Of a DNA stretch of 64,000 bases, positions 1 to 10,078 are shown in pieces. Under the pieces are notes generated by a model. The model was not told where the DNA came from and searched no databases. It saw only the letters and a program-made list of their open reading frames with translations. How positions within the stretch are numbered: the stretch's first letter is position 1; every line of letters begins with the position of its first letter. The translations under genes and the position numbers were made by a program. Source of the DNA: a virus (lineage: Duplodnaviria; Caudoviricetes); the IMG/VR virus record IMGVR_UViG_3300009169_000019, positions 8,360-72,359 of that record; one strand, written 5' to 3'.

Positions 1-1
1 A

Positions 2-376
2 AAAGGTTTTGAAAAATTTACTCAAATTGGTGCAACATTAGCAAGAATTTCAAGACTTCCTATGACTTTAAGAGATAACTTAATGGTTTTCTTTCTTACT
101 CATGTTGAAGAAGGCACTGATATTGAAAACAGAAAAAGATATAAAGCTAAAACAATAGGACGACTTGTAGATGAAAAACTTACATTAGAAGGATTATTTA
201 CAATTGTACTATTTTGTAAAGCAAAGAAAGACAAAGATGGTAAGATCAGTTATATATTTGAAACACAAAATTCAGGTGATAATACATGTAAATCACCAAA
301 GGATATGTTTTCATCTTCTATAATTCCTAATGACTTACAATTAGTAATAAAAACAATTCACGAATACGAAAATTAA
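2..376 (+). CDS. C-terminal part of a Sak4-like/AAA_24 phage ATPase (5'-truncated by the window edge)
   Basis: Frame is open from base 2 (KGFEKFTQIG...). Motifs FLTH, KAKTIGRLVD, EGLFTIVL, TCKSP and IPNDL are typical of this family. First gene of the replication cluster. Confidence 0.75.
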   Translation, partial: KGFEKFTQIGATLARISRLPMTLRDNLMVFFLTHVEEGTDIENRKRYKAKTIGRLVDEKLTLEGLFTIVLFCKAKKDKDGKISYIFETQNSGDNTCKSPKDMFSSSIIPNDLQLVIKTIHEYEN

Positions 377-401
377 ACATTAACAATTAAATTTTAAAAA
401 A

Positions 402-1058
402 ATGGCTTTAAGCACAAAAAACATCAAAATTTCGGAAGGAAGACTTTCCAAAACTATTAACCCTGGAAACATTAAGGGTAAAATTTATGACATTTCTTTG
501 AAACCTGGATATAATCAAGGAAGTTATTATCTTATATTATCTATTGAAACAGAACCTATTGAAAACTTTGAAGGTTTCTTTATTAACTCTCAAGATGAAT
601 CTCAAGGAAAACATAAAGGTCAAGTAGGTAGAATAAGATATTCTCAATATGCTTTTGAAACTAAAACACTTCCTTCTGGTATTAAAGTTGATAGAGATGA
701 GAATATTTTAAAAGCTATTTTGACATTAGCAAAAGCACAAGGTATTAGTGATACTATCAACGAAGTAGAAGGTGATACTATTGAAGAATTTGTAATTAAT
801 GCAAAACCTGTAATTTGTAATGATATTTATTTAAATTGGTGTATTGCTGGTAAAGAATATAGCAATAAAGATGGATATACTGCTTATGACTGTTTTATTC
901 CAAAAGTAACAAATAAGAAATTTGGATTTGCAATGGATGATAATGCTGTAATTACTTTTAATGAAGCTGAACACATTATAAAAGAAAAAAAGAAGCAATC
1001 TGAAAATGTTTCTGATTTTGAACCACAGACAAAGAGTAGCGACTTTGATATGTTTTAA
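402..1058 (+). CDS. putative single-stranded DNA-binding protein
   Basis: Lies between the Sak4-like ATPase and the primase; acidic/aromatic C-terminal tip (SSDFDMF). Confidence 0.5.
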   Translation: MALSTKNIKISEGRLSKTINPGNIKGKIYDISLKPGYNQGSYYLILSIETEPIENFEGFFINSQDESQGKHKGQVGRIRYSQYAFETKTLPSGIKVDRDENILKAILTLAKAQGISDTINEVEGDTIEEFVINAKPVICNDIYLNWCIAGKEYSNKDGYTAYDCFIPKVTNKKFGFAMDDNAVITFNEAEHIIKEKKKQSENVSDFEPQTKSSDFDMF

Positions 1059-1073
1059 TTGTTAATTGTTTGT

Positions 1074-1107
1074 AAATAAAAGGGGGAGTAACATCCCCCT
1101 TTTATTT
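1074..1107 (+). terminator. intrinsic terminator
   Basis: AAATAAAAGGGGGA-gtaaca-TCCCCCTTTTATTT hairpin with a T-rich tail, just after the SSB-like gene. Confidence 0.85.
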
Positions 1108-1125
1108 TTATTTTAATTTTAAACC

Positions 1126-2109
1126 ATGCTAACAACCAAAAATATAATAATAGATTATAAAGACGTACCAACTACATGGATATTTGAGCATTATTGCAAC
1201 CTTAATCAGAAATTAAATGGTCAGGATGTTAAAATAAAAAGTATGTTTAATAATGCTGATAAGATCCCAAGCATGTGTATTTATTATGATAAAATAAAAA
1301 GCGTATACAAATTTAAAGATTTTTCTAGTGGTAAATCTGGTGAAGGTGCCAATCTACTTATGTATCTGTATAATCTAACATTTAGTGAAGCTGCTTTTAA
1401 ACTTATTAACGATTATAAAGAATACATTAAGAATAATCATAAATCAGATGTAAAAATTAATGAATATGCTAAGTTTAAAGTAACAGACTTTATTATAAAA
1501 ACATGGAATATATTAGATAGAGACTTTTGGGTAAAATATAATATTGGAACTACTATTCTAAATAAATATAATGTTAAACCTCTTAGTAAATACACTATGA
1601 GTAAAGAAGAAGATGGTAGGACAGAAAGCATTACTATATCTGGTGATTATTTATATGGATATTTTAAAAATGATGGTACACTCTATAAAATTTATCAACC
1701 AAAAAATAAAAAAAAGAAGTTTATAAAAGTAAAATCTTATATACAAGGTCTTGAGCAATGTGAAAATCATTCTTATTTGCTTATAACTAGTAGTCTTAAA
1801 GATATTATGTCTATCAAAAGTCTCGGTGTTAAAATAGATTGTATAGCTGCTGATAGTGAAAACACATTTATTCCTAAATCGGAAATAGTTAAACTTATGG
1901 AATCTTATAAGTCTATATCTGTATGTTTTGATAATGATTTACCAGGTATTACATCTATGCAGAAATATAAAGAACTTTATGGGTTTAATGTATTTTATTT
2001 ACCACTCAGTAAAGATATAAGTGATAGTATTAAAGATTATGGAGTTAAGAAAGTTTTATATACTTTTGTTCCTCTAATAAATAAATCATTTGAAAATGGC
2101 AAAAGCTAG
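1126..2109 (+). CDS. DNA primase (crAss-type, Toprim domain)
   Basis: N-terminal PSM..Y...FKDFSSG segment; C-terminal Toprim motifs CFDND..G and KDISD. Confidence 0.8.
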   Translation: MLTTKNIIIDYKDVPTTWIFEHYCNLNQKLNGQDVKIKSMFNNADKIPSMCIYYDKIKSVYKFKDFSSGKSGEGANLLMYLYNLTFSEAAFKLINDYKEYIKNNHKSDVKINEYAKFKVTDFIIKTWNILDRDFWVKYNIGTTILNKYNVKPLSKYTMSKEEDGRTESITISGDYLYGYFKNDGTLYKIYQPKNKKKKFIKVKSYIQGLEQCENHSYLLITSSLKDIMSIKSLGVKIDCIAADSENTFIPKSEIVKLMESYKSISVCFDNDLPGITSMQKYKELYGFNVFYLPLSKDISDSIKDYGVKKVLYTFVPLINKSFENGKS

Positions 2110-2521
2110 AAAATCTAAAGTTGTAAAAACAAGAAAAAATGCTGTACCTAAAACTAGAAATTCTGGTACAATGACAGAAGCAGCATTTTGGTCATTTATA
2201 AGATCAGCATTAAGACAGAAGTCAAGATGGTGGAAACCAGTTTCAGAATGTAAACAAAATGCTAGAAGAATATATGCAGGACCATTGAAAAGACAAAAGT
2301 GGGAATTTCAATGTAACTATTGTAAAAAATGGTTTAAAGATAAAGATATAGCCGTTGACCACATTATACCTGCTGGTGCGCTTAACTGTTGTTATGACCT
2401 TCCAGAATTTGTTGAAAGACTATTTTGTGAAGCTGGAGGATTGCAAGTATTATGTGCTAATGGAGAAAATTCATGTCACCATATTAAAACGCAAAGTGAA
2501 AGAAAAAATAAAAGATGTTAA
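2090..2521 (+). CDS. HNH-family nuclease with Zn-binding CxxC (start may be 2096)
   Basis: CNYC...VDHIIP...LQVLC...CHHIKT. Confidence 0.75.
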   Translation: MKMAKARKSKVVKTRKNAVPKTRNSGTMTEAAFWSFIRSALRQKSRWWKPVSECKQNARRIYAGPLKRQKWEFQCNYCKKWFKDKDIAVDHIIPAGALNCCYDLPEFVERLFCEAGGLQVLCANGENSCHHIKTQSERKNKRC

Positions 2522-2531
2522 AAATATAAAT

Positions 2532-2741
2532 ATGGAAGATTATAAAATAAAAGAAAATGAAAAATTTTTTACTAATGTATTAAATATGTTAGTTGAAGGA
2601 GGTTCATATGGATTTCCTAAAGCTATGCAGACTTATACAAAAGAAAATAATAAATTAGTAGGAAATACAATAGCTTTATCACATATAAAAGATATAGTTA
2701 GTGATGAATTTTATAATGAAAATTTTAAACTAAAAGAATAA
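2532..2741 (+). CDS. hypothetical protein (69 aa)
   Basis: Internal ATG of the 2355..2741 ORF, just after the HNH stop and preceded by an A-rich leader. Confidence 0.55.
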   Translation: MEDYKIKENEKFFTNVLNMLVEGGSYGFPKAMQTYTKENNKLVGNTIALSHIKDIVSDEFYNENFKLKE

Positions 2742-2746
2742 AACTT

Positions 2747-2926
2747 ATGCCAGAACTACATGAAACAATGATGGGTAAAAAACTTATTACATCAGATATA
2801 CCTAAACTAATAACTAATATTGAAAAATTAGGAGGTATTTTAGAAAAAATAAATGTTACTTTAGAAGATATGTATGACATATTACTAGAATTTAAAACTA
2901 ATCAAAATGAAAGAATTAACAAATAG
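2747..2926 (+). CDS. hypothetical protein (59 aa, MPELHETMMGKKL...), not in the ORF track
   Basis: Translated by hand; fills the gap in a tightly packed operon. Confidence 0.55.
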   Translation: MPELHETMMGKKLITSDIPKLITNIEKLGGILEKINVTLEDMYDILLEFKTNQNERINK

Positions 2927-3029
2927 TCAATTAATTCAGTTTATAGAAAGCCTGGAAGCTACTTGTACAGATAAAGTTACAGTAGCTAAAATTGTAAAAT
3001 TTTTAAAGGAAAACAATATATGGAATTAA
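2907..3029 (+). CDS. hypothetical protein (40 aa, MKELTNSQLIQF...), not in the ORF track
   Basis: Translated by hand; overlaps both neighbours by a few bases, as is usual in this operon. Confidence 0.45.
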   Translation: MKELTNSQLIQFIESLEATCTDKVTVAKIVKFLKENNIWN

Positions 3030-3298
3030 AAATACTTAGATTTGGAGCAGTATGGTGCCAACCATCTAAAGTAGTTGATTCTATTGTAAATATGATTAAT
3101 GAAGAAAATGATAATGTAGAATACATTACATATGATTATTCAAATGATCCAGATATGTTTAGCAAATATAAGATAATAAGTGTACCAACACTTATTATTT
3201 TAGATAAAAAAGATAAAGAATTAGAAAAAATTAGAGGAATATTTCCTAAAATAAAATTGACATTATTAATAGAAAAATATAAAAATGAAAACATTTAA
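3020..3298 (+). CDS. thioredoxin-family protein with a CxxS active site
   Basis: FGAVWCQPSK, cis-Pro loop SVPTL, 92 aa. Confidence 0.85.
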   Translation: MELKILRFGAVWCQPSKVVDSIVNMINEENDNVEYITYDYSNDPDMFSKYKIISVPTLIILDKKDKELEKIRGIFPKIKLTLLIEKYKNENI

Positions 3299-4319
3299 TG
3301 AATTAAGTGATTATATACAAAGTGCAGAAGATAAGTTTTATAGTGAGTATTTTTATTTTTCGTACAGTAGTATAAATAAATTACTATGGAATCCAGCAGC
3401 TTTTTATCAATCATATGTTCTTGGACAAAAAGAGGAAATAACATCTCCTTCTTTATTACAAGGTAAAGTAATACACGCTCTTCTACTTAGTGAGCAATAC
3501 TTTAATGATATGTATATTATATCTAAGGATAATTTTCCAACAGGAAATTCTAAAATTGTAATTGACAAATTGTTTAATCATTATAAAGAACTAAAAGCTA
3601 ACGGAGATGAAAGAACATCATTAAATGAATTTGAAAATGCTATATTAGATATTCTTTTAGACATGAAATATCATCAATCTCTTAAAACAGATCAACAAAG
3701 ATTAGATAAAATTATTACACCTGAAACAGAAAATTACTGGAACTTTCTTACAACCAAAGAAAATAAAGAAGTTATTGATACACAAACATATAATTTCTGT
3801 TTAGATGCGACTAATATTATTAGAAAAAACCCAGAGATTTCAGAATTAATGGGTCTTAATTTAACAGAATTTGATAACAAAGAAGTGCACAATGAGATTG
3901 AACTGAGAAAAAAGTTAGATAGGTTTTCATTTGGACTTAAAGGAATTCTAGATAATATTGTTTTAGATCATGAACATAAAACAATATATATCAACGATCT
4001 TAAAACAACTAGTAAAGAACTCAAAGATTTTCCAGAAAGTATAGAATATTATTCATATTGGATGCAAATGACTGTTTATATGATATTAGTATATTTTAAT
4101 TATAATAATTATATTAGTAATGAAAACTATAAAATAAAATCTCATTTTATAGTTATTGATAAAAACATGATGACATACGCCTTTGAAATAAGTAATAATA
4201 CACAACAAACATGGTTTAATAGATTTATGAATGAAGTAATGCCTATAGTAGAGTATCACTATACAGAACATAATTATACTCTCCCTTACAAATTTTGTAA
4301 ACAAAAGTTTATTTTATAA
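3285..4319 (+). CDS. PD-(D/E)XK exonuclease (RecE/Cas4-like)
   Basis: FSYSSI, GKVIH, KGILDNI...INDLKTT, Y..Q...Y. Confidence 0.8.
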   Translation: MKTFNELSDYIQSAEDKFYSEYFYFSYSSINKLLWNPAAFYQSYVLGQKEEITSPSLLQGKVIHALLLSEQYFNDMYIISKDNFPTGNSKIVIDKLFNHYKELKANGDERTSLNEFENAILDILLDMKYHQSLKTDQQRLDKIITPETENYWNFLTTKENKEVIDTQTYNFCLDATNIIRKNPEISELMGLNLTEFDNKEVHNEIELRKKLDRFSFGLKGILDNIVLDHEHKTIYINDLKTTSKELKDFPESIEYYSYWMQMTVYMILVYFNYNNYISNENYKIKSHFIVIDKNMMTYAFEISNNTQQTWFNRFMNEVMPIVEYHYTEHNYTLPYKFCKQKFIL

Positions 4320-4329
4320 ATTGTAAATA

Positions 4330-4866
4330 ATGATAAAACAGTTATATAGTAAGTATTTTCAGAAATCTAAAATATTTCTTTATCCTCTTCTTAGACTTCC
4401 TAAATCTGAAAAAGATGAGTTTTTGGTAGAAACATTTCTAAAATACGAAGATATAGAAATAGAAGACTGTAAAATCATTTGTCAATATAATGTAAAAGAT
4501 GTTTTATGCTTTCTTAAATACAGAAAAGATAACATATTAAAATCACCATATTTTATTTTTGAGAAACAATTAGATAAAGATGTGTATATATTTATTTTTG
4601 ATTTATCAAACTTCAAAACAGATTATCACTATTTCTTGTTAGGAAATTATTCTAAATTCACTCAAAAATCAAAAAATCTTATTAAAAAATATTTTGGTAA
4701 TAACTCACAACAGTATGAATATATAGACACTTTTTTATATCCTACAGAGTATTTTGAAAAATACTCTGAGCTTTTAGATGTAAATAAAGAAACTTTAATT
4801 TATATTGGAGAGTTGTGTGATAAGTATGATTTTGAAAAAGAATGGTTAAATAACTTAAATACTTAA
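4330..4866 (+). CDS. hypothetical protein
   Basis: 178-aa ORF in the operon; no motif recognised. Confidence 0.7.
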   Translation: MIKQLYSKYFQKSKIFLYPLLRLPKSEKDEFLVETFLKYEDIEIEDCKIICQYNVKDVLCFLKYRKDNILKSPYFIFEKQLDKDVYIFIFDLSNFKTDYHYFLLGNYSKFTQKSKNLIKKYFGNNSQQYEYIDTFLYPTEYFEKYSELLDVNKETLIYIGELCDKYDFEKEWLNNLNT

Positions 4867-4876
4867 AATTTTTTTT

Positions 4877-4907
4877 TTTGGTTTTTAAAAACAGATTCAT
4901 ATATTTG
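4877..4907 (+). promoter_or_regulatory. Bacteroidota primary-sigma promoter (-33/-7)
   Basis: TTTG(4877-4880)-N19-TATATTTG(4900-4907) is an exact match to TTTG-N19-21-TAnnTTTG, 14 nt before the ATG at 4922. Confidence 0.8.
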
Positions 4908-4921
4908 CAAAAACAATTTCA

Positions 4922-5302
4922 ATGAAAAATATGATGCTCTATAAAAGCGGATGGGGAACAGAATCAAGTTTCGTACCTACTTTTAAAATGATTCCTACAT
5001 TATCTGATTGCCCTTTTAACGAGGTGTTATTTGATCCTAACAGTAAAATACTCGCTGTAGTAAGTAAAGAAAAAAAACAAGCTTATAGATTAGTTCCTAA
5101 ATTAAATGACAAAGGTAGACCTGTAATTGTAACAGAAAAGGGTGTACCTGTTGAAGTTCAAGAAAGGAAACTTATGGATAACTTCTATGAATATTATCTA
5201 GAAAATTTAGATGATGTTCAAAGATTTATAGAAACGTTTGCCATCAATTCTGAAAGTTTTGATTGGAAAGAATACTTTAAAGAAGAAAAGAAACAAAATT
5301 AA
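4922..5302 (+). CDS. hypothetical protein
   Basis: 126-aa ORF with its own promoter and terminator. Confidence 0.75.
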   Translation: MKNMMLYKSGWGTESSFVPTFKMIPTLSDCPFNEVLFDPNSKILAVVSKEKKQAYRLVPKLNDKGRPVIVTEKGVPVEVQERKLMDNFYEYYLENLDDVQRFIETFAINSESFDWKEYFKEEKKQN

Positions 5303-5318
5303 AAACCAACAAACTAAG

Positions 5319-5353
5319 AAAAGAGTGTGCAATATCAGCACACTCTTTTTTTT
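5319..5353 (+). terminator. intrinsic terminator
   Basis: AAAAGAGTGTGC-aatatca-GCACACTCTTTT followed by a T run. Confidence 0.85.
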
Positions 5354-5360
5354 CACTATT

Positions 5361-5672
5361 ATGAAGATTCCTTGTATTTGCATAGACGATAGCTTTAGAC
5401 CTGAGTCATTTCCATCAAGTAAATGGGTGGTTAAAAACAGAAAATATCACATAATTAATGTTTCATTTCATCCATTACAAGATGGTGGTGTACAAGGTGT
5501 TACATTAGCAGAAATTGATTTAAATGATGGATGTTGCTATCCATACAAAACATTTAGAATTAACCGTTTTGCTATAACAGAAGAAGACTTTTTAAAACTT
5601 GTAGATGCACTTAAAAAAGATAAAAAAAATGTTGAAGAAGTGCTCAGAAAAGAAGAATTAGAATTAGTATAA
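5361..5672 (+). CDS. hypothetical protein (start revised to MKIPCICIDD)
   Basis: ATG at 5361 follows the terminator; the longer ORF-track start runs through the hairpin. Confidence 0.65.
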   Translation: MKIPCICIDDSFRPESFPSSKWVVKNRKYHIINVSFHPLQDGGVQGVTLAEIDLNDGCCYPYKTFRINRFAITEEDFLKLVDALKKDKKNVEEVLRKEELELV

Positions 5673-5703
5673 AAGGGAGACAGCTTAACTGAATAAATTA
5701 AAT

Positions 5704-7629
5704 ATGGCTAATCATTACGTAATGGATTTTGAAACCATTTCTAATTGTTTTGTGGGATGCTTTATTCATTATAAAGAAAATACAGAACATACATTCGTTG
5801 TACATAAATTAAGAAATGATTTTGAAAAACTTCTTGAATTTCTAGAAAACAATGCTAAGAATAATGAATGGCATATTTCATATAATGGAATAGCATTTGA
5901 TTCTCAAATTACACATTACATCTTAGAAAATAAAGATAAATTATTAAAACACAGTGGAGAAGTAATAGCTAGATTGTTATATGCTTATGCTCAAAAAACT
6001 ATTATAAAACAGGATAAAAAAGAATTTAGTGATTATCCATCATGGAAAATGTCAATTAAACAAATTGATTTATTTAAAATGAACCATTGGGATAACCCCG
6101 CTAAGAGTAGTAGCTTAAAATGGATACAGTATAGTATAGATTGGAAAAATGTATTAGAGATGCCTATACATCATAATACAGAAATTACAACTTTAGAAGA
6201 AATACAAATGATAATAGAATATTGTCTAAACGATGTTAAATCTACTAAAGAAATAATGAAGCTTTCAAAAGAACAAATAGCTCTTAGACAAAATCTTACT
6301 AAGGAATATGACATAGATTTATATAGTGCATCAGAACCTAGAATATCGAAAGAATTATTTTCTTATTTCTTAACTAAAAAATTAAATATAGAAAAGAAAG
6401 AACTTAGGGGATTAAGAACTTTTAGAAATGAAATAGCTATTAAAGATTGCATACTTCCTCAAATAGAATTTAAAACAGATGTTTTTAAAAGTGTACTAGA
6501 CTATTTTAATAGTAAGGTTATTGTTGAAACAAAAGGTTCATTAGATTACAAATTATCTTACAAAGGTGTTGATACATATTATGGTTTAGGTGGTCTACAT
6601 GGTGCAAAAGATCCAGGTGTATATAAAGCAGAACCAGGATATACAATTATGACTTCTGATGTAACTAGTTATTATCCAAACCTAGCTATTAAAAATGGAT
6701 TTTCTCCTGCACATTTACCGGCTAAAGAATTTTTAGAACAATATGAATGGTTTTTTGAAGAAAGAAAATTAATTCCAAAGTCTGATCCTAAAAACTATGT
6801 ATATAAGATTATTTTAAATTCAACTTATGGTTTAAGTAATGATGCTAATAGTTTTTTATATGATAGTTTTTTTACTATGTGTATTACTGTTAATGGACAA
6901 TTATGGTTATCTAAACTTTATGAAATGTTATGTTTAGCAATACCAGAAGCTATACCTTTAATGCAAAATACAGATGGTTTAGAAATGATTATACCAGAAG
7001 GTAAAAAAGAATTATATTTAGAAGTTTGTAAAGAATGGGAATCAATGACTAATTTACAATTAGAACATGATGAGTATTCTAAAATGATAATTAAAGACGT
7101 AAATAATTATATAGCTGTACATAAAAACGGTAAGACTAAATGTAAGGGATTGTTTGAATTTAATAATTTAGCCCTACACAAAAACAAAAGTTTTCTTGTT
7201 ATACCAAAAGCTATATATGAATTTTATGTAAATGGAACTAAACCTGAAGATTATCTTAAAACAAACAGTAATATTTTTGATTATTGTGGAGCTGTAAAAG
7301 CTAAAGGTGATTGGAATTTTAAACTTACAGAAATAGTTCAAAATGATAATAATGAAAGTGTAATTAAAGACACAAAGCTTCAAAAATTAAATAGGTATTA
7401 CATATCAAAAACTGGTCATAAAATTATAAAATATAATCCAGATGGTAGAGAAATACAAACTGAAGCCGGTAAATGGAGACAAACACTTTGTAATAACATG
7501 GGTACAATAGATTCAGACATTAATAATCTAGATATTAATTATGAATACTATTTAGAAAGGATATATAAAGAAATAGAAACTATTAGTTCAATTAATAAAC
7601 ATGGTTATGTACAAGGAACATTATTTTAA
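5704..7629 (+). CDS. polB: family B DNA polymerase with 3'-5' exonuclease domain
   Basis: Exo motifs DFET, YNGIAFD, YCLND; polymerase motifs SDVTSYYPN, KIILNSTYG, NTDG. Confidence 0.92.
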   Translation: MANHYVMDFETISNCFVGCFIHYKENTEHTFVVHKLRNDFEKLLEFLENNAKNNEWHISYNGIAFDSQITHYILENKDKLLKHSGEVIARLLYAYAQKTIIKQDKKEFSDYPSWKMSIKQIDLFKMNHWDNPAKSSSLKWIQYSIDWKNVLEMPIHHNTEITTLEEIQMIIEYCLNDVKSTKEIMKLSKEQIALRQNLTKEYDIDLYSASEPRISKELFSYFLTKKLNIEKKELRGLRTFRNEIAIKDCILPQIEFKTDVFKSVLDYFNSKVIVETKGSLDYKLSYKGVDTYYGLGGLHGAKDPGVYKAEPGYTIMTSDVTSYYPNLAIKNGFSPAHLPAKEFLEQYEWFFEERKLIPKSDPKNYVYKIILNSTYGLSNDANSFLYDSFFTMCITVNGQLWLSKLYEMLCLAIPEAIPLMQNTDGLEMIIPEGKKELYLEVCKEWESMTNLQLEHDEYSKMIIKDVNNYIAVHKNGKTKCKGLFEFNNLALHKNKSFLVIPKAIYEFYVNGTKPEDYLKTNSNIFDYCGAVKAKGDWNFKLTEIVQNDNNESVIKDTKLQKLNRYYISKTGHKIIKYNPDGREIQTEAGKWRQTLCNNMGTIDSDINNLDINYEYYLERIYKEIETISSINKHGYVQGTLF

Positions 7630-7640
7630 ATAAAATAAAA

Positions 7641-7991
7641 ATGAAAAAAGACAAATGTTCATCCACAGGGAAAGTTATATTTGTTGATAAAAAAAATGCA
7701 GATAATGCAATAGAAGTCTTAAAGTTAATTAAAAGTCAAAATAACAAAATATTTAGAAATAATAAAAAGACTAAAGACAAAATTTCACAGTCTAGAAGTT
7801 ATTTTTGTATTCATTGTAAAGGATACCATTTAACTTCTATGACTAGTGAAAATAATTATAAACAAAAACGGGAAACACAAAAAGATATAGATAGAAAGAA
7901 TTTTTTAAAGAATTTTGATATTAAAAAATGGAAATCTGATTCATTACCTTTTGAATCAGGTCATATACCACCACCAAAAACAAAAAAATAA
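7641..7991 (+). CDS. small basic putative Zn-binding protein
   Basis: C..TGK..F and RSYFCIHCKGYHLTS. Confidence 0.6.
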   Translation: MKKDKCSSTGKVIFVDKKNADNAIEVLKLIKSQNNKIFRNNKKTKDKISQSRSYFCIHCKGYHLTSMTSENNYKQKRETQKDIDRKNFLKNFDIKKWKSDSLPFESGHIPPPKTKK

Positions 7992-7993
7992 AA

Positions 7994-8323
7994 ATGGATA
8001 ACGCAACACTTTGTATAAAAACTGTATTAACATCATTATCAATAGCTGAAAAATATTTAGATCAATTTATTATAGAAACAAAACCTGTAATGGATACTAA
8101 AAAATTTTTAAATTTTGAATTAAAAAAGATACAATCTATAACAAAAGATATTAATATTGTAGCAGGTCCACAAAATTCTAAAATTATTAATGATGAAATA
8201 TTAAATAATTGGGATACCTTAGCAGTAAATAATGTATTGCAAATGATGGTTATGATGGATGATAAGAAAAGATTAGAACTTGAAAATTTTGCAGAAGAAT
8301 TATTAAATAAAAAAATTAATTAA
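7994..8323 (+). CDS. hypothetical protein
   Basis: 109-aa ORF, tightly packed in the operon. Confidence 0.65.
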   Translation: MDNATLCIKTVLTSLSIAEKYLDQFIIETKPVMDTKKFLNFELKKIQSITKDINIVAGPQNSKIINDEILNNWDTLAVNNVLQMMVMMDDKKRLELENFAEELLNKKIN

Positions 8324-8325
8324 AT

Positions 8326-8967
8326 ATGGCAATCATTGGCATTTCTGGTAAAATATCCAGTGGTAAAGATACCACTGCAGATATTATTAAATCTATGGAT
8401 GTAGATAGCAAGTGGCAAATTAAAAAGTTTGCATATAAACTTAAACAAATAGCTAGTATTATTAGCGGTATTCCAATACATTTATTTGAGGATCAAGGAT
8501 TTAAAGAAACATACATGTCAGATGCATGGGATCTTTATATTAAAGAAGACAAAACATTAATTTCTGAAAATGGAGCATATAATTCTCAACGACATGTTAA
8601 AATAAAAGTGAGAGATTTTTTGCAAAAAATTGGTACAGAAGCAATGCGAGACGGGCTTCACTATAATACTTGGGTGAATGCACTTATGGTGGATTATAAA
8701 AAGACTAAAAATAGTGATGAAGAATATGTAATGCCCAACTGGATTATTACAGATGTTAGATTCCCAAATGAATACGATGCTATTAAAAAACACAATGGTA
8801 TCATAATCAGAGTGAATAGAGATAGTACAATTACAAATAATCATGTGAGTGAAACGGCACTTGATAATCATGAATTTGATTATGTAATAAATAATAATGG
8901 ATCAATTTCTGATCTTTATAATAATGTTACAAACTTTTTAAAACAATATTATGCTAGAATTTTCTAA
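8326..8967 (+). CDS. deoxynucleoside monophosphate kinase
   Basis: IGISGKISSGKDT P-loop; FAYKLK; RDFLQKIGTE; ITDVRFPNE; HVSE. Confidence 0.9.
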   Translation: MAIIGISGKISSGKDTTADIIKSMDVDSKWQIKKFAYKLKQIASIISGIPIHLFEDQGFKETYMSDAWDLYIKEDKTLISENGAYNSQRHVKIKVRDFLQKIGTEAMRDGLHYNTWVNALMVDYKKTKNSDEEYVMPNWIITDVRFPNEYDAIKKHNGIIIRVNRDSTITNNHVSETALDNHEFDYVINNNGSISDLYNNVTNFLKQYYARIF

Positions 8968-9202
8968 ACCTATTCCTGTTATTGTAGAAGGAAACAAAGA
9001 AGGCTATGCATTATATGTCAACAACTCAGGAATGTTTGAGAATGATGTATGGTGTGTAGTGTTATGTGATGGCGGTCATGTAAGACATTATATGTCTGAT
9101 CAAATTAAAATATATGTAAATAGCACATTTAATATTATTAAAAAATCAAACCCAGTAGTAAATGAAAAAAGTATACCTGGCAATCCCTTATACCAACCTT
9201 GA
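8951..9202 (+). CDS. hypothetical protein
   Basis: 83-aa ORF overlapping both neighbours. Confidence 0.6.
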   Translation: MLEFSKPIPVIVEGNKEGYALYVNNSGMFENDVWCVVLCDGGHVRHYMSDQIKIYVNSTFNIIKKSNPVVNEKSIPGNPLYQP

Positions 9203-9530
9203 GGAAATAAGTTATAAAGCAGCTAATGAAGTGGCTGCTATGCTTATTGCACAAAAGATTTGTGTGTTTTCTCCGATATCTCACTCTCATCCTGTATGGA
9301 AAGCAGGAATAGGAATTGTAGAGCATAGTTGGGAAGTTTGGATGGAACAAGACAAAGAATTTGTACAATGGTGCGATGAAGTGTGGGTAATTGAGTTAAT
9401 TAATCATGATGGACTTGGTTTAATTTTTAAATCAAAAGGTGTGCAACAAGAAATAATGTGGGCTGAAGAGTTTAATAAACCTTATAAATTAATTAAATAC
9501 AATACAAAAACAAAACAATTAGAATTATGA
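9162..9530 (+). CDS. DUF1937-like protein (nucleoside 2-deoxyribosyltransferase-like fold)
   Basis: VYLAIPY, FSPISHSH, W...D, SKGVQQEI..A. Confidence 0.7.
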   Translation: MKKVYLAIPYTNLEEISYKAANEVAAMLIAQKICVFSPISHSHPVWKAGIGIVEHSWEVWMEQDKEFVQWCDEVWVIELINHDGLGLIFKSKGVQQEIMWAEEFNKPYKLIKYNTKTKQLEL

Positions 9531-10078
9531 TTTTATCAGACAAAAAGATTTTAGAAGAATTTGAAAAAGGTAATATTATTATTCATCCATTTGAGATGAA
9601 ATATTTAAATCCGGTATCTGTAGATCTTACATTAAATCCAGAATTTAAAATTTATAAAAAAGGTGTATTAGATGTACGTAAACCTAATGAAACAGAATCA
9701 TTTACTATTCCTGAAGAGGGATATGTATTAGAACCTGGTGATGTATATCTATATGCTTGTAATGAGCGTATTGGTGTAAAGAGTAATATAAGAGCAAAGG
9801 TAGAAGGTAAGTCTTCACTTGGTAGACTTGGGCTATTTGTACACGTTACAGCAGGTTTTATTGACCCTGGCTTTGAAGGAAGTCTTGTACTTGAACTTGT
9901 AGCTACAAGACCTATTAGAATCTATCCTAATATGAAGATATGCCAAATTGAATTTGCTTATGTAAATGGTGATATTATTCAAACATATGATAAGAAAGCT
10001 GGAAGCAAATACATGAATCAAACTGGTGTTCAAGAATCAAAATATTATCTTAATGAAAATAATACACCAAAAAACTAA
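9527..10078 (+). CDS. dcd: dCTP deaminase
   Basis: MILSD, NPVSVDL, GKSSLGRLGL, AGFIDPGFEG, ICQ. Confidence 0.93.
   Translation: MILSDKKILEEFEKGNIIIHPFEMKYLNPVSVDLTLNPEFKIYKKGVLDVRKPNETESFTIPEEGYVLEPGDVYLYACNERIGVKSNIRAKVEGKSSLGRLGLFVHVTAGFIDPGFEGSLVLELVATRPIRIYPNMKICQIEFAYVNGDIIQTYDKKAGSKYMNQTGVQESKYYLNENNTPKN

Noticed and set aside
4869-4879. T11 run as a phase-variation switch
   Set aside because: It ends in the -33 box and lies outside the promoter spacer and any ORF, so a length change would have no obvious effect.
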